A DNA stretch of 64,000 nucleotides from Lachnospiraceae bacterium (GCA_017520155.1 JAFXGR010000047.1:5095-69094), one strand, 5' to 3'; shown: positions 1 to 10,684, counted from the first letter of the stretch. Made by a program: numbers and translations. Notes: generated by a model not told the origin, from the sequence alone.

Positions 1-2
1 GA

Positions 3-1508
3 TATACAAAAGACCCATCGGATCATAATATACTGTTTTTTGATAAGGATGAAGCACTGGAATCCTTTATTAAAGAAGAAGAAGAGGTTCAAATTCAAAA
101 TGCTGCCTGGAATAAGCTTTATAAAAGACAATTATTAAGTACTCTGCGCTTTCCTGTAGGGAAGTTATATGAAGAAATTGTGTTTACCACAAAGTTACTT
201 CATCATGCCAACAGGGTGGTTTATTTGAATCAGGCTTACTATAATTATGTGGTAGATCGAATAGGAAGTATTATGAATATGGGAGTAAATTATAGAATAT
301 TTACAGACCAGATTCCTTTATATCTGGAAAAAAGGGAATATTTATTGTCCATTAAAAGAAAAGACCTGGTGAAAATTCATAATGCTTTCTTCTATAAAAG
401 ATTATTGATACATTACATGGAATTAGAAAAAAATAAGCCGGAAAATTATAAAATTTATGGTAAACAAATAAGACAAATCATAAAAGGGGAGAGGAAGTAT
501 TTTAGGGAAGTTTTATCTTCTGATATAGTTTCTGGAAATGAAAAAATAAAAATGAAACTATTTGGTATTTCCCCCAAAGCTTTTTATTACTTTACCAGAT
601 TTAACGAAAAATATGTAATTCCTCAAAAACAAGTGTTATTATCAGTAAATGAGCCATTGGTAGTGATTCAACTTTCCGGAGGTTTGGGAAACCAGATGTT
701 CCAATATGCCTTATATCTTCGATTGAAAGCCATGGGAAAGAAGGTAAAGATAGACGATAAAACTGACTACCGGGGAGTAAACAAAAGACCCATACGCCTG
801 GGAATCTTTGGGATAAGATATGAGGTACCCACAGAATTGGAAATGTTGTGTTTGACAGACTCTTTATTAGATTTAGCTTCACGGATTCGGAGAAAATTAA
901 TGGGTAGAAGAACGGCAGAATATATAGAAAAAAATCAATTATTTGATGCTAAAGTATTAGAAATAGATAGAGCTTATCTGGTAGGTTGTTGGCAAAGTGA
1001 AAAATATTTTGAAGATATTAGAGAAGAAGTAAGAACGGCATTTGTTTTTAATATTCCTGAGCTTGCAGAAACAATGAAGGATTATGAAAGAAAAATTAAG
1101 GAAAGTAATTCTGTCTGTGTTCATATACGTAGAGGAGATTATTTGGAAGTAAGTGAATTATACGGTGGGATATGTACCCCTGAGTATTATAAAAAATCTA
1201 TGATACAGATGGAGGAGTGGTATCCGGATTGTCATTTCTTTGTGTTTACCAATGATGTATCCTGGGTGAAACATAATTATAAACAGGATAATCTTACTAT
1301 TGTGGAAGGAAATGATGAAGATAGCGGTTACATTGACATGTATCTAATGACACAGTGTAAACATTTTATTCTGGCAAATTCCAGCTTCAGTTGGTGGGGA
1401 TGCTATCTCAGTTTATCACAGGAAAAAAAAGTGATTGCACCAAAGCAGTGGTTTAATGGAAGGGACTGCAGAGATATTTACACAAAAGAGATGCAGATAA
1501 TAGACTAA
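3..1508 (+). CDS. Bifunctional glycosyltransferase: GT2 domain (5' end lies outside the window) fused to a GT11 alpha-1,2-fucosyltransferase-like domain
   Basis: The frame of the listed ORF 180..1508 stays open back to nt 3 (59 codons, no stop). The upstream residues NAAWNKLYKRQLLSTLRFPVGKLYEEIVFTTKLL look like the C-terminal half of a GT2. Downstream are VVIQLSGGLGNQMFQYA, HIRRGDY and ANSSFSWWG, the three GT11 motifs. The GTG at 180 is probably an ORF-caller artefact. Confidence 0.8.
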   Translation, partial: YTKDPSDHNILFFDKDEALESFIKEEEEVQIQNAAWNKLYKRQLLSTLRFPVGKLYEEIVFTTKLLHHANRVVYLNQAYYNYVVDRIGSIMNMGVNYRIFTDQIPLYLEKREYLLSIKRKDLVKIHNAFFYKRLLIHYMELEKNKPENYKIYGKQIRQIIKGERKYFREVLSSDIVSGNEKIKMKLFGISPKAFYYFTRFNEKYVIPQKQVLLSVNEPLVVIQLSGGLGNQMFQYALYLRLKAMGKKVKIDDKTDYRGVNKRPIRLGIFGIRYEVPTELEMLCLTDSLLDLASRIRRKLMGRRTAEYIEKNQLFDAKVLEIDRAYLVGCWQSEKYFEDIREEVRTAFVFNIPELAETMKDYERKIKESNSVCVHIRRGDYLEVSELYGGICTPEYYKKSMIQMEEWYPDCHFFVFTNDVSWVKHNYKQDNLTIVEGNDEDSGYIDMYLMTQCKHFILANSSFSWWGCYLSLSQEKKVIAPKQWFNGRDCRDIYTKEMQIID

Positions 1509-1582
1509 AAACATAGTTATTTCTTATTAGTAGAGAGAATATCGTTTTCAGTCCCACTCTATTGCATTTCAAAGAATATTTT

Positions 1583-1643
1583 AGTACACTGTTAGTATAT
1601 TTGTAATAATATTACAATGCGCTAATTGTGTACTTTTTTATTT
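1583..1643 (+). terminator. Putative intrinsic terminator or operator-like nested palindrome
   Basis: AGTACAC (1583-1589) pairs with GTGTACT (1628-1634). They enclose a perfect 17-nt palindrome TTGTAATAATATTACAA (1601-1617). A TTTTTTATTT run follows. It sits in the 190-bp gap after the stop at 1508. Confidence 0.35.
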
Positions 1644-1698
1644 AATAAAAAGTAATAATATCTTAAAAAACATTTTACGTTAAGGAAAGAGAACTTAC

Positions 1699-3456
1699 AT
1701 GATAGATATAATTAGAAAGCTGTTTAGTATATTAAGCAAAAGACAAAAGCGAAGTGTGGCAGGATTGGGCATTTTGATTTTGATTGGGGCAGTATTGGAA
1801 ACTATAGGAGTTTCCATGATTGTTCCTCTGGCTCAGGCAATTTTGGATGCAGGAGAACTGGAACAGAATAAGTATGTGATTATGGTCCGTGAAATGTTGG
1901 GACTAAAGGATATGAATCAGTTTGTTGTACTTTTACTTCTATCTGTAGTGGCAGTTTTCATTATAAAAAATAGCTACCTGCTGTTTATGAATTATGTACA
2001 GGCCAGATTTGTCAATAAAAATCAATTTAATACAGTAAGCTATATGATGGATGAATACTTGAATCGTCCCTATGAATTTTATCTGAACGCAGATATTCCC
2101 ACCGTATTTCGTACCTTAGACAGTGATGTACCAAAGGTATTTATTGTATTAATGGATTTTATTCAATTGATGACAGAAGTAATAGTATCTATTTGTCTTT
2201 GTATCGTGGTATTGATTGTTGATCCGATAATGACGATTATGATTGGTGTCATTTTACTGGGAATGACGATTTTAATTGTAGGAATTTTAAAGCCCCGATT
2301 AAACTGTCTCGGACAGGAAAACCAAGAAGTGCAAGCGCGCATGGGAAAATGGAGAAATCAGTCTATTTTTGGAATTAAAGAAGTAAAAGTACTTCATAAA
2401 GAAACTTTTTTTGTTGATAATTACTCTGTTTATGCTAAAAATGGTGCGGATTTAAACAGCAAATATACGGTATTTAATAATCTTCCTCGTCTGTTAATCG
2501 AAACCATATGTATTGGTGGTTTATTGGGCTATATGGCCATATGCTTGTTAATGGGACAGGATTTGTCAGCACTGGCGCCTAAAATCAGTGCCTTTGCTGT
2601 AGCAGCGGTGAGATTAATGCCCAGTGTAAACCGTATTAATACCCATATTACCAACATTGCTTTTTATGGTCCCAGTGTTCATTTTGTTTATGACAATATT
2701 GATTTTAGGGATTATAAGCAGGAGAGAAAGGTCAGCAGTCGCAGGATAGAGGAAAAACCGGCTATTGTGGTAAAAGATAAGATTGCGTTGGAAAAGGTAA
2801 CCTATGCATATCCTAATACTGATAAATTAATACTGGACCAGGCAGATATGGCAATTCCGGTGGGGAAAAGTGTGGGGATTATTGGTCCTTCCGGTGCAGG
2901 AAAAACTACTGCTGTAGATATTCTTATGGGACTTTTAGAGGTACAATCAGGAAAGATTACCTGTGACGGAAGAGATGTAATGGAAAATTACGGATCATGG
3001 CTTAGCCATATCGGATACATTGCTCAAAATATCTACCTTACCGATGATCCCGTGAGGGATAATGTGGCCTTTGGAGTAAATCCCAAAGATATCGATGATA
3101 AAAGAGTATGGGAAGTGTTGGAAGAGGCGCAGCTAAAGGAGTTTGTAGAGAGCCTTCCGGAGGGCTTGAATACTTCTGTAGGAGAGAGAGGGGTACGAAT
3201 TTCAGGAGGTCAAAGACAAAGATTGGGAATTGCCAGAGCTCTTTACCATAATCCTGATATTCTTGTATTTGATGAAGCCACCTCAGCCCTGGATACGGAT
3301 ACGGAAACTGCGATTATGGAAGCTATTGACAAATTCCATGGAAGAAAGACTATGATTATTATTGCCCATCGATTAAGAACCATTGAAAATTGTGATATTA
3401 TCTTTAAAGTGGAAAATGGAAAAATAGAAGAAACAACATTAGAGGGAAGAACATGA
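1699..3456 (+). CDS. ABC exporter, fused permease-ATPase half-transporter (MsbA/PglK/Wzk type), copy 1
   Basis: N-terminal half has 5-6 hydrophobic helices. Walker A GPSGAGKTT, signature ISGGQRQRLGIARAL, Walker B ILVFDEATSALD, H-loop IIIAHRL. Confidence 0.9.
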   Translation: MIDIIRKLFSILSKRQKRSVAGLGILILIGAVLETIGVSMIVPLAQAILDAGELEQNKYVIMVREMLGLKDMNQFVVLLLLSVVAVFIIKNSYLLFMNYVQARFVNKNQFNTVSYMMDEYLNRPYEFYLNADIPTVFRTLDSDVPKVFIVLMDFIQLMTEVIVSICLCIVVLIVDPIMTIMIGVILLGMTILIVGILKPRLNCLGQENQEVQARMGKWRNQSIFGIKEVKVLHKETFFVDNYSVYAKNGADLNSKYTVFNNLPRLLIETICIGGLLGYMAICLLMGQDLSALAPKISAFAVAAVRLMPSVNRINTHITNIAFYGPSVHFVYDNIDFRDYKQERKVSSRRIEEKPAIVVKDKIALEKVTYAYPNTDKLILDQADMAIPVGKSVGIIGPSGAGKTTAVDILMGLLEVQSGKITCDGRDVMENYGSWLSHIGYIAQNIYLTDDPVRDNVAFGVNPKDIDDKRVWEVLEEAQLKEFVESLPEGLNTSVGERGVRISGGQRQRLGIARALYHNPDILVFDEATSALDTDTETAIMEAIDKFHGRKTMIIIAHRLRTIENCDIIFKVENGKIEETTLEGRT

Positions 3457-4481
3457 TTGGTACTAAGCTAAATAATGGACAGGGTCTGGGAAATGCTATA
3501 TTTTGTTATGTTACAACAAGATGTATTGCCAAGAAGAATCAATATGATTTTTCCATTATGGGAAAGGAACGACTGGAAGGAATAGCAGGAAAGGGCAAAG
3601 GTTTGTACTTTATGAATCTGGATTTTGGAAAGCCTGCTTCGGAAGATGAATTTAAATCAATTTATCATGAAAAGGAAGAAAGAATATATTTGGGTAATTC
3701 CCGACATGATTGTAAGCATGGATGTTATATTACAGGGATAGATGAAAAATTGACGGAAGTAGAAGATGGAACCTTACTGTATGGTAATATGCAGGCAGAG
3801 CAGTATTTGTTTACTTATCGTGAAGAGATAAAGACGTGGCTGGCTGTAAAACCGGAATATGAAGATTATACTTTTTCAAAAGAAAATTTATGCGTAATGA
3901 ATATCCGAGGGGGGGAATATACCGGGAGTCCTGAATTATATGTTAATAAAAAATACTGGCTTAGTGGAATGAAATATATGAAAAGTATCAGAGATGATAT
4001 GGAATTTATAATTATCACTGATGATGTAGAAGCTGCCAATAAAATGTTTCCTCAAATTCCTGCTTACCATGGAAGTTTACATGAGGACTATGTAAGGGTA
4101 AAGAATGCACATTATTTATTATTATCTAATTCTTCCTTTGCTTTTTTTCCGGCTTTTACCAGTGAGACAGTAAAGGTAATAGTAGCTCCTAAATATTGGG
4201 CAAGACATAATGTATCAGATGGATATTGGGCATCAGAACAAAATATTTATACAGGTTGGAAATATATAGATAGAAAAGGAAAAGTATATACAGCTGAGGA
4301 ATGCCGAAAAGAGTTGGAAGAATATAAAAAAAAGAGTAAAAAATATAAGAAATACAATATAAAACCGGGACGGCTCAAATTAAAATTGTTAGAAATAGAG
4401 AGTGATATATTTTTTTATTTATCTTATCTTCCCAGAATTTTACCTGCATTAAAACGCAGATGGAAGAAAAAGTTCCTATGA
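3453..4481 (+). CDS. Divergent GT11-superfamily glycosyltransferase (fucosyltransferase-like)
   Basis: GQGLGNAIFCY (motif I variant), NIRGGEY (HxRRGDY variant) and SNSSFAFFPA (motif III variant) are colinear with the GT11 motifs. ATGA overlap with the upstream ABC gene. Lys-rich C-terminal tail. Confidence 0.55.
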   Translation: MIGTKLNNGQGLGNAIFCYVTTRCIAKKNQYDFSIMGKERLEGIAGKGKGLYFMNLDFGKPASEDEFKSIYHEKEERIYLGNSRHDCKHGCYITGIDEKLTEVEDGTLLYGNMQAEQYLFTYREEIKTWLAVKPEYEDYTFSKENLCVMNIRGGEYTGSPELYVNKKYWLSGMKYMKSIRDDMEFIIITDDVEAANKMFPQIPAYHGSLHEDYVRVKNAHYLLLSNSSFAFFPAFTSETVKVIVAPKYWARHNVSDGYWASEQNIYTGWKYIDRKGKVYTAEECRKELEEYKKKSKKYKKYNIKPGRLKLKLLEIESDIFFYLSYLPRILPALKRRWKKKFL

Positions 4482-4532
4482 TTTTAAAGGAATTAAATAC
4501 CGTATAGAATTAGAAAGAAGTAAGCTAATCGA

Positions 4533-5297
4533 ATGAGTACAGTAGAGAACAAGATTAAATTAGATAATGTAACCCTTGTGGCAATGACCAGTGTAAATAT
4601 TGTGGAAACAATCAAGGCCATGAAATACAGTATGCGTGGTATTGATTTTGGAGAAGTAATCTTAATTACCCATAGAAAACCATGGTTTTTGCCAAAATCT
4701 ATTACCTATAAATATACCTCAAAGCTGACAGATATTGACTGTTTTAATTATAAAATGGCTTATGAGCTGGGAGATTATATAGACACGAATTATGCTTTGA
4801 TTGTTCATGCAGATGGATTTGTAGTTAATCCTCAAATGTGGAGAGAAGAATTTTTAGACTATGACTATATTGGTTCTCCCTGGCCTCTTCCAAAACCGGG
4901 TACAAAGCATTGCTATCACGATATTCATGGGAATATCTGCAGAGTAGGCAATAGTGTTTCCATTCGAAGTAAAAGATTAATGGATTTCCCGAAAAAGGCT
5001 AATCTGGAGTGGAAAAGGGATGAGGATGGTTTTTACAATGAAGATATCTTTATCTGCTGTACCAATCGTCATTTGTTTGAAGCACAAGGAATGAGGTGGG
5101 CGCCTTTGGATGTGGCTAAATATTTTGCTCATGAGCATCCCATTCCTGAGGTACAGGGGATAACACCCTTTGCTTTCCATAAATGGTGGGGGGAAAATGA
5201 GCAGTATCCTGTCTTTAAAAATCCTGGGAAGGAGCTTTGGAAAGGAATAAAGAAAATGATTCGTCCCCTCCTTTTTTGGAGATATTTTAGAAAATAA
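4533..5297 (+). CDS. DUF5672-like protein (putative glycosyltransferase)
   Basis: LDYDYIGSPW followed by RVGNSVSIRSKRLMDF resembles the DYIGAPW / VGNGGFSLRS core I recall for DUF5672. Recognised from memory only. Confidence 0.5.
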   Translation: MSTVENKIKLDNVTLVAMTSVNIVETIKAMKYSMRGIDFGEVILITHRKPWFLPKSITYKYTSKLTDIDCFNYKMAYELGDYIDTNYALIVHADGFVVNPQMWREEFLDYDYIGSPWPLPKPGTKHCYHDIHGNICRVGNSVSIRSKRLMDFPKKANLEWKRDEDGFYNEDIFICCTNRHLFEAQGMRWAPLDVAKYFAHEHPIPEVQGITPFAFHKWWGENEQYPVFKNPGKELWKGIKKMIRPLLFWRYFRK

Positions 5298-5337
5298 AAA
5301 ATAATAAGATGTGCAGATAAAACCATGGAGTTTAATT

Positions 5338-6285
5338 ATGATATATGATTGTTTTCCCTTTTTTAATGAATTGGATATTTTGAAATTACGAATGGAAATT
5401 ATGGATCCTTATGTAGATAAATTTGTAATAGAAGAAGCAAAGTATACATTTTCCAGTGAACCTAAGCCCTTATATTATTTGGAAAATAAGGAGATGTTTA
5501 AAAAGTGGGAACACAAGATTATCCATATTGTAGTAGAGGACTGTCCCCTGGGAATTCCCCCCCATGATATGGATCACTTTCAAAAGGATTATTTATTAAA
5601 GGGCTTGGAGCAGTGTAAGGAAGATGATATTTGTATTTTTAGCGATGTAGATGAAATTCCAAATACAGATACCCTACTGGAATTATTTCCCAAGATGGAA
5701 ATGGGAAAAATCTATCATTTGGCCCAGCGAATGTTTTATTGCTTTTTAAATGCAGAGGAAATCAGCGGGAAGCTGCTTTCCAATAGCGGAGAGTTTGAAG
5801 GAATTAAAAAACCGCAGTGGTTGGGAACAAAGGTGTTTTACTATGGAAGCCTTAAGGGAAGAGGATTTTGGGATCTTAGGGATAAGAAAGCAAAAGAAAA
5901 TGGTATTAGAATAGACAATGGGGGCTGGCATTTCGGTTATATGGGAGGTTTGGGAGAAAAAAACCTTGCTAAAAGAATTGGGGACAAGGTAGTGGCAGCA
6001 GCTCATCAAGAGTACAACGAGGAAGAGATTTTAGCACAGGTAGTGGATCGTATTATGACAGGACAGGATATTTTTGGAAGAGATGCTGTTTTTCAAAGAG
6101 TGGAGATTGATAAAACATACCCCAAATATCTTCAAGAACATAAAGAAGAATATGAATATCTTATTATGCCAAAGCTATCAGGAATACAAATTAAAATTAC
6201 AAAATTAAAAATGAAGCTAAAAAGGGTAGGAAGAAGATTAAAAAGAGGATATAAAAGAGTATGGGAAAAAATATGGAAAAATTAA
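5338..6285 (+). CDS. GT17-like glycosyltransferase (bisecting beta-1,4-GlcNAc-transferase family)
   Basis: N-terminus MIYDCFPFFNELDILKLRMEIMDPYVDKFVIEEAKYTF is the characteristic GT17 opening. GGAG lies 7 nt upstream of the ATG at 5338; the listed GTG at 5311 is less likely. Confidence 0.7.
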   Translation: MIYDCFPFFNELDILKLRMEIMDPYVDKFVIEEAKYTFSSEPKPLYYLENKEMFKKWEHKIIHIVVEDCPLGIPPHDMDHFQKDYLLKGLEQCKEDDICIFSDVDEIPNTDTLLELFPKMEMGKIYHLAQRMFYCFLNAEEISGKLLSNSGEFEGIKKPQWLGTKVFYYGSLKGRGFWDLRDKKAKENGIRIDNGGWHFGYMGGLGEKNLAKRIGDKVVAAAHQEYNEEEILAQVVDRIMTGQDIFGRDAVFQRVEIDKTYPKYLQEHKEEYEYLIMPKLSGIQIKITKLKMKLKRVGRRLKRGYKRVWEKIWKN

Positions 6286-7424
6286 AACCTATTTTTCATA
6301 AAATTTCACAAGTAACCTTTGCACTGGCTCTCTTTATTGAACTTACCATTGTAATCGTAGAAAAGAGTGAATATGTTATTCAGTATGAAGGAATATGGTT
6401 TCGTCTTACTTTCCTTCTCTTTGGAATCAGTCTTATTACCACAAAACATTACTTAAAAGAATGGATTGCTTTGTTTTTCTTTGGAATAATCGGAGTTATT
6501 TCCTATAGGGTAACCGGCAGAAATGAAATTTTACGGTGGATTGTTTTTATCTGGGCTTGTCAGGGTAAAGAGATGAAGAAGATTTTAAAGTTTACGTTCT
6601 GGTATACTTTGGTAGGATGTGCCATGATTATGTTGCTTTCTATAATAGGAGTTTATGGTACGGCGTTCCACCAAGAGATATACCGTACAGAGGCTGCCTG
6701 GACACCGGGAGTTTTGGAAACAAGATTTTCCTTTGGAATGGGACATCCCAATGCATTTCATTGTATGATGCTGGTAATAACATGGCTAGGGATTTATTCT
6801 TATTCAAGTCGGATAAAATGGCATGGATATTTACTTATTTTATTGGGGCATATTGCTATCTTCTATTTTACAGATTCAAAAACAGGAATAATAATGTCTG
6901 TTACAACAATAATAGTAATTTTCTTAACATTTTTGATGAAAGAATCCAGGTATTTAGCTATAGGAAGTATAGTCCTTACGGTGGTTGCCATTGCTACTTC
7001 TATTTATATGGCAGCTAATTCACAGAATGTGATTAATAATGATTGGTTGTATAAAATTGACAATATTCTATCAAATAGAATATTGAATTTATATTATAAT
7101 ACTACAATTCACGAAGGTACTTTAGCCACATGGTCATTATGGTCCAATGATATAAGTACAGCATTTTTTGATTTGGGAATTATTCGCATGTTCTATTGGT
7201 ATGGTATAATCCCTGCAGGCATTTATTTTATTTCTCAATGCAGACTTTTATGGTGTGGCTATAAAAAAGGGGATAATATGATGGTGGTGGTTTTAATTTG
7301 TATCACGATTTACTCTCTGTTTGAAGCACATTTTGTTTCTGATTATATGGGAAGAAATTATATCTTATTCTTTTTTGGAATGTATTTGAAGGATATGCTG
7401 GGAATTAAAGAAAATGTTCAGTAA
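6261..7424 (+). CDS. Wzy-like polymerase / O-antigen-ligase-family membrane protein, copy 1
   Basis: About 10 predicted TM helices. The loop motif FGMGHPNAFH is shared with the protein at 51885 (LGYTHPNVLH). The position in the locus fits. Confidence 0.6.
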   Translation: MGKNMEKLKPIFHKISQVTFALALFIELTIVIVEKSEYVIQYEGIWFRLTFLLFGISLITTKHYLKEWIALFFFGIIGVISYRVTGRNEILRWIVFIWACQGKEMKKILKFTFWYTLVGCAMIMLLSIIGVYGTAFHQEIYRTEAAWTPGVLETRFSFGMGHPNAFHCMMLVITWLGIYSYSSRIKWHGYLLILLGHIAIFYFTDSKTGIIMSVTTIIVIFLTFLMKESRYLAIGSIVLTVVAIATSIYMAANSQNVINNDWLYKIDNILSNRILNLYYNTTIHEGTLATWSLWSNDISTAFFDLGIIRMFYWYGIIPAGIYFISQCRLLWCGYKKGDNMMVVVLICITIYSLFEAHFVSDYMGRNYILFFFGMYLKDMLGIKENVQ

Positions 7425-7485
7425 ATTAAAGTAAAATATTTCATGAGTTTTTAATATTTATATTAGAATAACAGGAGATGTTAAA

Positions 7486-8526
7486 ATGGAAAACAGAGAT
7501 CCTTTGGTCAGTATTATCGTGCCGGTATTTAATACTCAGGATTATTTACAGGAATGTCTGAATAGTATTCGGGAACAAAGTTATAAAAATCTGGAAATTA
7601 TTCTAGTGGATGATGGTTCTACTGATCAGAGTGCCATACTTTGTGAAGAATTTGCAAGAAAAGATCATAGAATAAGAGTATTTCATAAAAAAAATGGAGG
7701 CTTAATGTCTGCTTGGACCTATGGAATAAAAGAAGCTTATGGAGAGTATGTATCCTTTGTAGATAGTGATGACTGGATTGAGTTAGATATGATAGAAGGT
7801 CTGGTGAGAGAAGCTTCGGGAAATGCCAGAGAAATAATTTGCAGTAATTATATCATTGAAAAAATGCAAAGAAAAGATTCTATTAAAGTGAGGCAGGGGC
7901 TTGAGCCGGGATACTATGGAAGAGAGGAAATTGAAAATAAGATAATTCCACAACTTTTAGGAAATGAGATACGTAAAATTCATAGTTCCCGCTGTATGAA
8001 ATTAATTTCTAAAGATTTAATTTTAGATAATCTTAAATTTACTAATGATAAGATTACCATGGGGGAGGATTTGAGTATTATGTATCCTGCGCTCTTGGAT
8101 GCAGATAGAATTGTAATTATGAAAGAAGGATATTATTACCATTATCGTTATGTAAATTCTTCTATAGTTCATAAATATAATCCTCTTTTGAATGAAAAAA
8201 TTGGACTATTGTATAATACAATGAGAATGATTATTTTAACAAAAATTCCGGAAGAAGAAAAACAGAAGTTTTTGTTAGAGAAGTTAAAACAGGAGTATTT
8301 ATTTTTATTTTTTTTGGTAATTAAGAATGAGCTTCGTTCAGAGGTAAAAGGATATCATAAAAGGCTAAGGCAACAAATTCTTGACATCAAAGAAAAAGAG
8401 CTGGGAGATGTACAGATAGAGGTGGATTCGATAGCAAACAAAATATTGTATTTAATATGGCAAAAACCTAACAAAGTGATAATAGAAGCTGCAAAAATTG
8501 CAATTAATTTGTTTGATAAACGGTAG
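7486..8526 (+). CDS. GT2 glycosyltransferase
   Basis: VSIIVPVFNTQDYLQECLNSIREQSYKNLEIILVDDGSTD, then DSDDW (DxD). Confidence 0.9.
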   Translation: MENRDPLVSIIVPVFNTQDYLQECLNSIREQSYKNLEIILVDDGSTDQSAILCEEFARKDHRIRVFHKKNGGLMSAWTYGIKEAYGEYVSFVDSDDWIELDMIEGLVREASGNAREIICSNYIIEKMQRKDSIKVRQGLEPGYYGREEIENKIIPQLLGNEIRKIHSSRCMKLISKDLILDNLKFTNDKITMGEDLSIMYPALLDADRIVIMKEGYYYHYRYVNSSIVHKYNPLLNEKIGLLYNTMRMIILTKIPEEEKQKFLLEKLKQEYLFLFFLVIKNELRSEVKGYHKRLRQQILDIKEKELGDVQIEVDSIANKILYLIWQKPNKVIIEAAKIAINLFDKR

Positions 8527-8535
8527 GGGGATAAC

Positions 8536-9531
8536 ATGGTAAGTATTGTATTACCTGTTTATAATGCAGAAGAATATATCCGTAAGTGTATAGAAAGTAT
8601 ACAAGGACAAAGTTATGTTGAGTGGGAATTAGTAATCATTGATAACGGTTCTACGGATGCGGGATATGAAATTTGTAGAGAATATGCTAAGGAAGATTCC
8701 AGGATTGAGGTGTTTCACCAATATCAGAATAGAGGGGTATCAGTAGCCAGAAATCTTGGATTAGAACGATCCAGTGGTGAGTTTATCACATTTATTGACG
8801 CAGATGATTGGGTGGAAGCAGACTATTTGGAGAAGCTATTAGAAATCCAAAGAGAACATAATGCAGATATGGTGGTGTGCGGCTATCAAAAGGGAAATGA
8901 TAGGGATAGAGAAGTTGGTAATGAAAAACGAATAGAGAATAGCAGGAATAGCCGGCTGCTATCGGTGGAAGAATATTTCCGTGATTATATGCTTCGGGGA
9001 AATACCCATTGTTGGGGAGTATTATATCGTGCAAAAAAAATTGATGATATTCATTTTCCCAATAAAATGACAATAGGGGAAGATTTACTTTATTTGATTC
9101 ATGCAACAATGAAAATGGAAAGAATTGCAGTTAGTGATTATAATGGGTACTGGTATTATACCAATCCTAAAGGTGCAATGTTAAAAAAATTCACTCATAG
9201 TTATATGGATCAATTAATTTGTTGGCAGCAGGCAAAAGAAGAGTTAATTGAACAATACCCTAATCTGAAAGATAGATTAAACAGTATTCTGGTAGTATCT
9301 TCCTTGCTGGTAGTAGGAAAGATAGCTGAGCTTACAAGAGAAGAGCAAGAAGAATGCAAGGAAGATTTACAGGAATGCTTGAATATAGTGAAAGAATATA
9401 AAAAATACCGTAGTATCAGAAGATATTTACCAAAGGGATATCCAATAAAAATAGTTATATTTAGTATAGCTCCCAAATTTTATTTAAAGCTATATGGGGC
9501 AAAGAAAAGAGCAGAATATGAATCAGAATAA
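8536..9531 (+). CDS. GT2 glycosyltransferase
   Basis: VSIVLPVYNAEEYIRKCIESIQGQSYVEWELVIIDNGSTD, then DADDW. Confidence 0.9.
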   Translation: MVSIVLPVYNAEEYIRKCIESIQGQSYVEWELVIIDNGSTDAGYEICREYAKEDSRIEVFHQYQNRGVSVARNLGLERSSGEFITFIDADDWVEADYLEKLLEIQREHNADMVVCGYQKGNDRDREVGNEKRIENSRNSRLLSVEEYFRDYMLRGNTHCWGVLYRAKKIDDIHFPNKMTIGEDLLYLIHATMKMERIAVSDYNGYWYYTNPKGAMLKKFTHSYMDQLICWQQAKEELIEQYPNLKDRLNSILVVSSLLVVGKIAELTREEQEECKEDLQECLNIVKEYKKYRSIRRYLPKGYPIKIVIFSIAPKFYLKLYGAKKRAEYESE

Positions 9532-10684
9532 AATTGTGTTGTATGCCCATGCGGGAAGTGGAAATCATGGCTGTGAGGCCTTGGCAAATACTATTTGTAA
9601 ATTAGTAAAAAAACAGGTTAGACTCGTTAGTAATAGCGTAGAGGAGGATAATTACTATTCTTTAAAGAATATTTGTGAGATTGTTCCGGAACAAAATATA
9701 AGAAATAATAAATTAATGCATATTTTATATTATGGGTGGAGAATGGTAACGGGAGACAGGGAAAGCTTTTTACGCTATCGATTCAAAAATGTTTTAGGGA
9801 AAAACAGCTGTCAGTGGAATATTTCCATAGGGGGAGATAATTATTGTTATGAGAGTATGGTGAAGGACTTAATTCTGGCAAATCGTATGTTTCATAGAAA
9901 GGGGGGGAAAACCATTCTTCTTGGCTGTTCCATAGAGCCGGAGCTTCTACAGGAAAAGGAAATACAAGAAGATATGAAGCTGTATGAGGCAGTTTTTGCC
10001 AGAGAAAGTATTACCTACGAAGCACTGAAAAAGATTGGAGTTAATAATTTATGTTTTTACCCTGATTCGGCCTTTCTCTTGGAAATAAAGAAACTTCCTT
10101 TGCCGAAAGAATTTATCGAAAATAATACTGTAGGTATTAATATTAGCCCAATGGTTGTAGAAAATGAGAAGGTGATAGGCATTACCATGAAAAACTATCG
10201 GGCACTGATTCAATTTATTTTAGATACAACGGATATGAATGTAGCCTTGATTCCCCATGTGGTATGGGAGAGAAATGATGACAGGACTACCTTAAAGGAG
10301 TTGTATAAATTTTACGGAAATAATAAAAGGGTAAGCATGATTGAAGACTGCAGTGCAGAGGAATTAAAGGGCTATATTAGTCGATGTCGTTTCTTTATTG
10401 GTGCCCGGACACATGCAACCATAGCTGCCTATTCATCTCAGGTACCTACATTAGTAGTAGGTTATTCCGTTAAAGCAAAGGGAATTGCCAAGGATTTATT
10501 TGGCACCTATGAAAACTATGTAAAGCCGGTACAAGAATTGGAAACAGAAGAACAATTAAAGGAGGCTTTTGGCTGGATTTATGAAAGAGAAGAGGAAATC
10601 CGAAAACGACTGGCCGAAGTAATTCCGGAATATATTGAAAGAGCAAGGCAGGCTGGAGAAAAGCTGGAGGAAGTGATGAAGTAA
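9518..10684 (+). CDS. Polysaccharide pyruvyl transferase family protein
   Basis: HAGSGNHGCEALANTI near the N-terminus and GARTHATIAAYSSQVPTLVVGYSVKAKGIAKDLFG near the C-terminus match the PS_pyruv_trans pattern. The alternative start is 9494. Confidence 0.75.
   Translation: MNQNKIVLYAHAGSGNHGCEALANTICKLVKKQVRLVSNSVEEDNYYSLKNICEIVPEQNIRNNKLMHILYYGWRMVTGDRESFLRYRFKNVLGKNSCQWNISIGGDNYCYESMVKDLILANRMFHRKGGKTILLGCSIEPELLQEKEIQEDMKLYEAVFARESITYEALKKIGVNNLCFYPDSAFLLEIKKLPLPKEFIENNTVGINISPMVVENEKVIGITMKNYRALIQFILDTTDMNVALIPHVVWERNDDRTTLKELYKFYGNNKRVSMIEDCSAEELKGYISRCRFFIGARTHATIAAYSSQVPTLVVGYSVKAKGIAKDLFGTYENYVKPVQELETEEQLKEAFGWIYEREEEIRKRLAEVIPEYIERARQAGEKLEEVMK

Noticed and set aside
601-882. Short opposite-strand or alternative-frame ORFs nested in long genes. 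Examples are 601-882(-), 6617-7018(+), 28273-28626(-), 36550-36930(-), 53703-54134(+) and 59772-60200(-).
   Set aside because: Each lies entirely inside a longer ORF that has clear family motifs. Their translations are low-complexity with no recognisable motifs. They are typical shadow ORFs.
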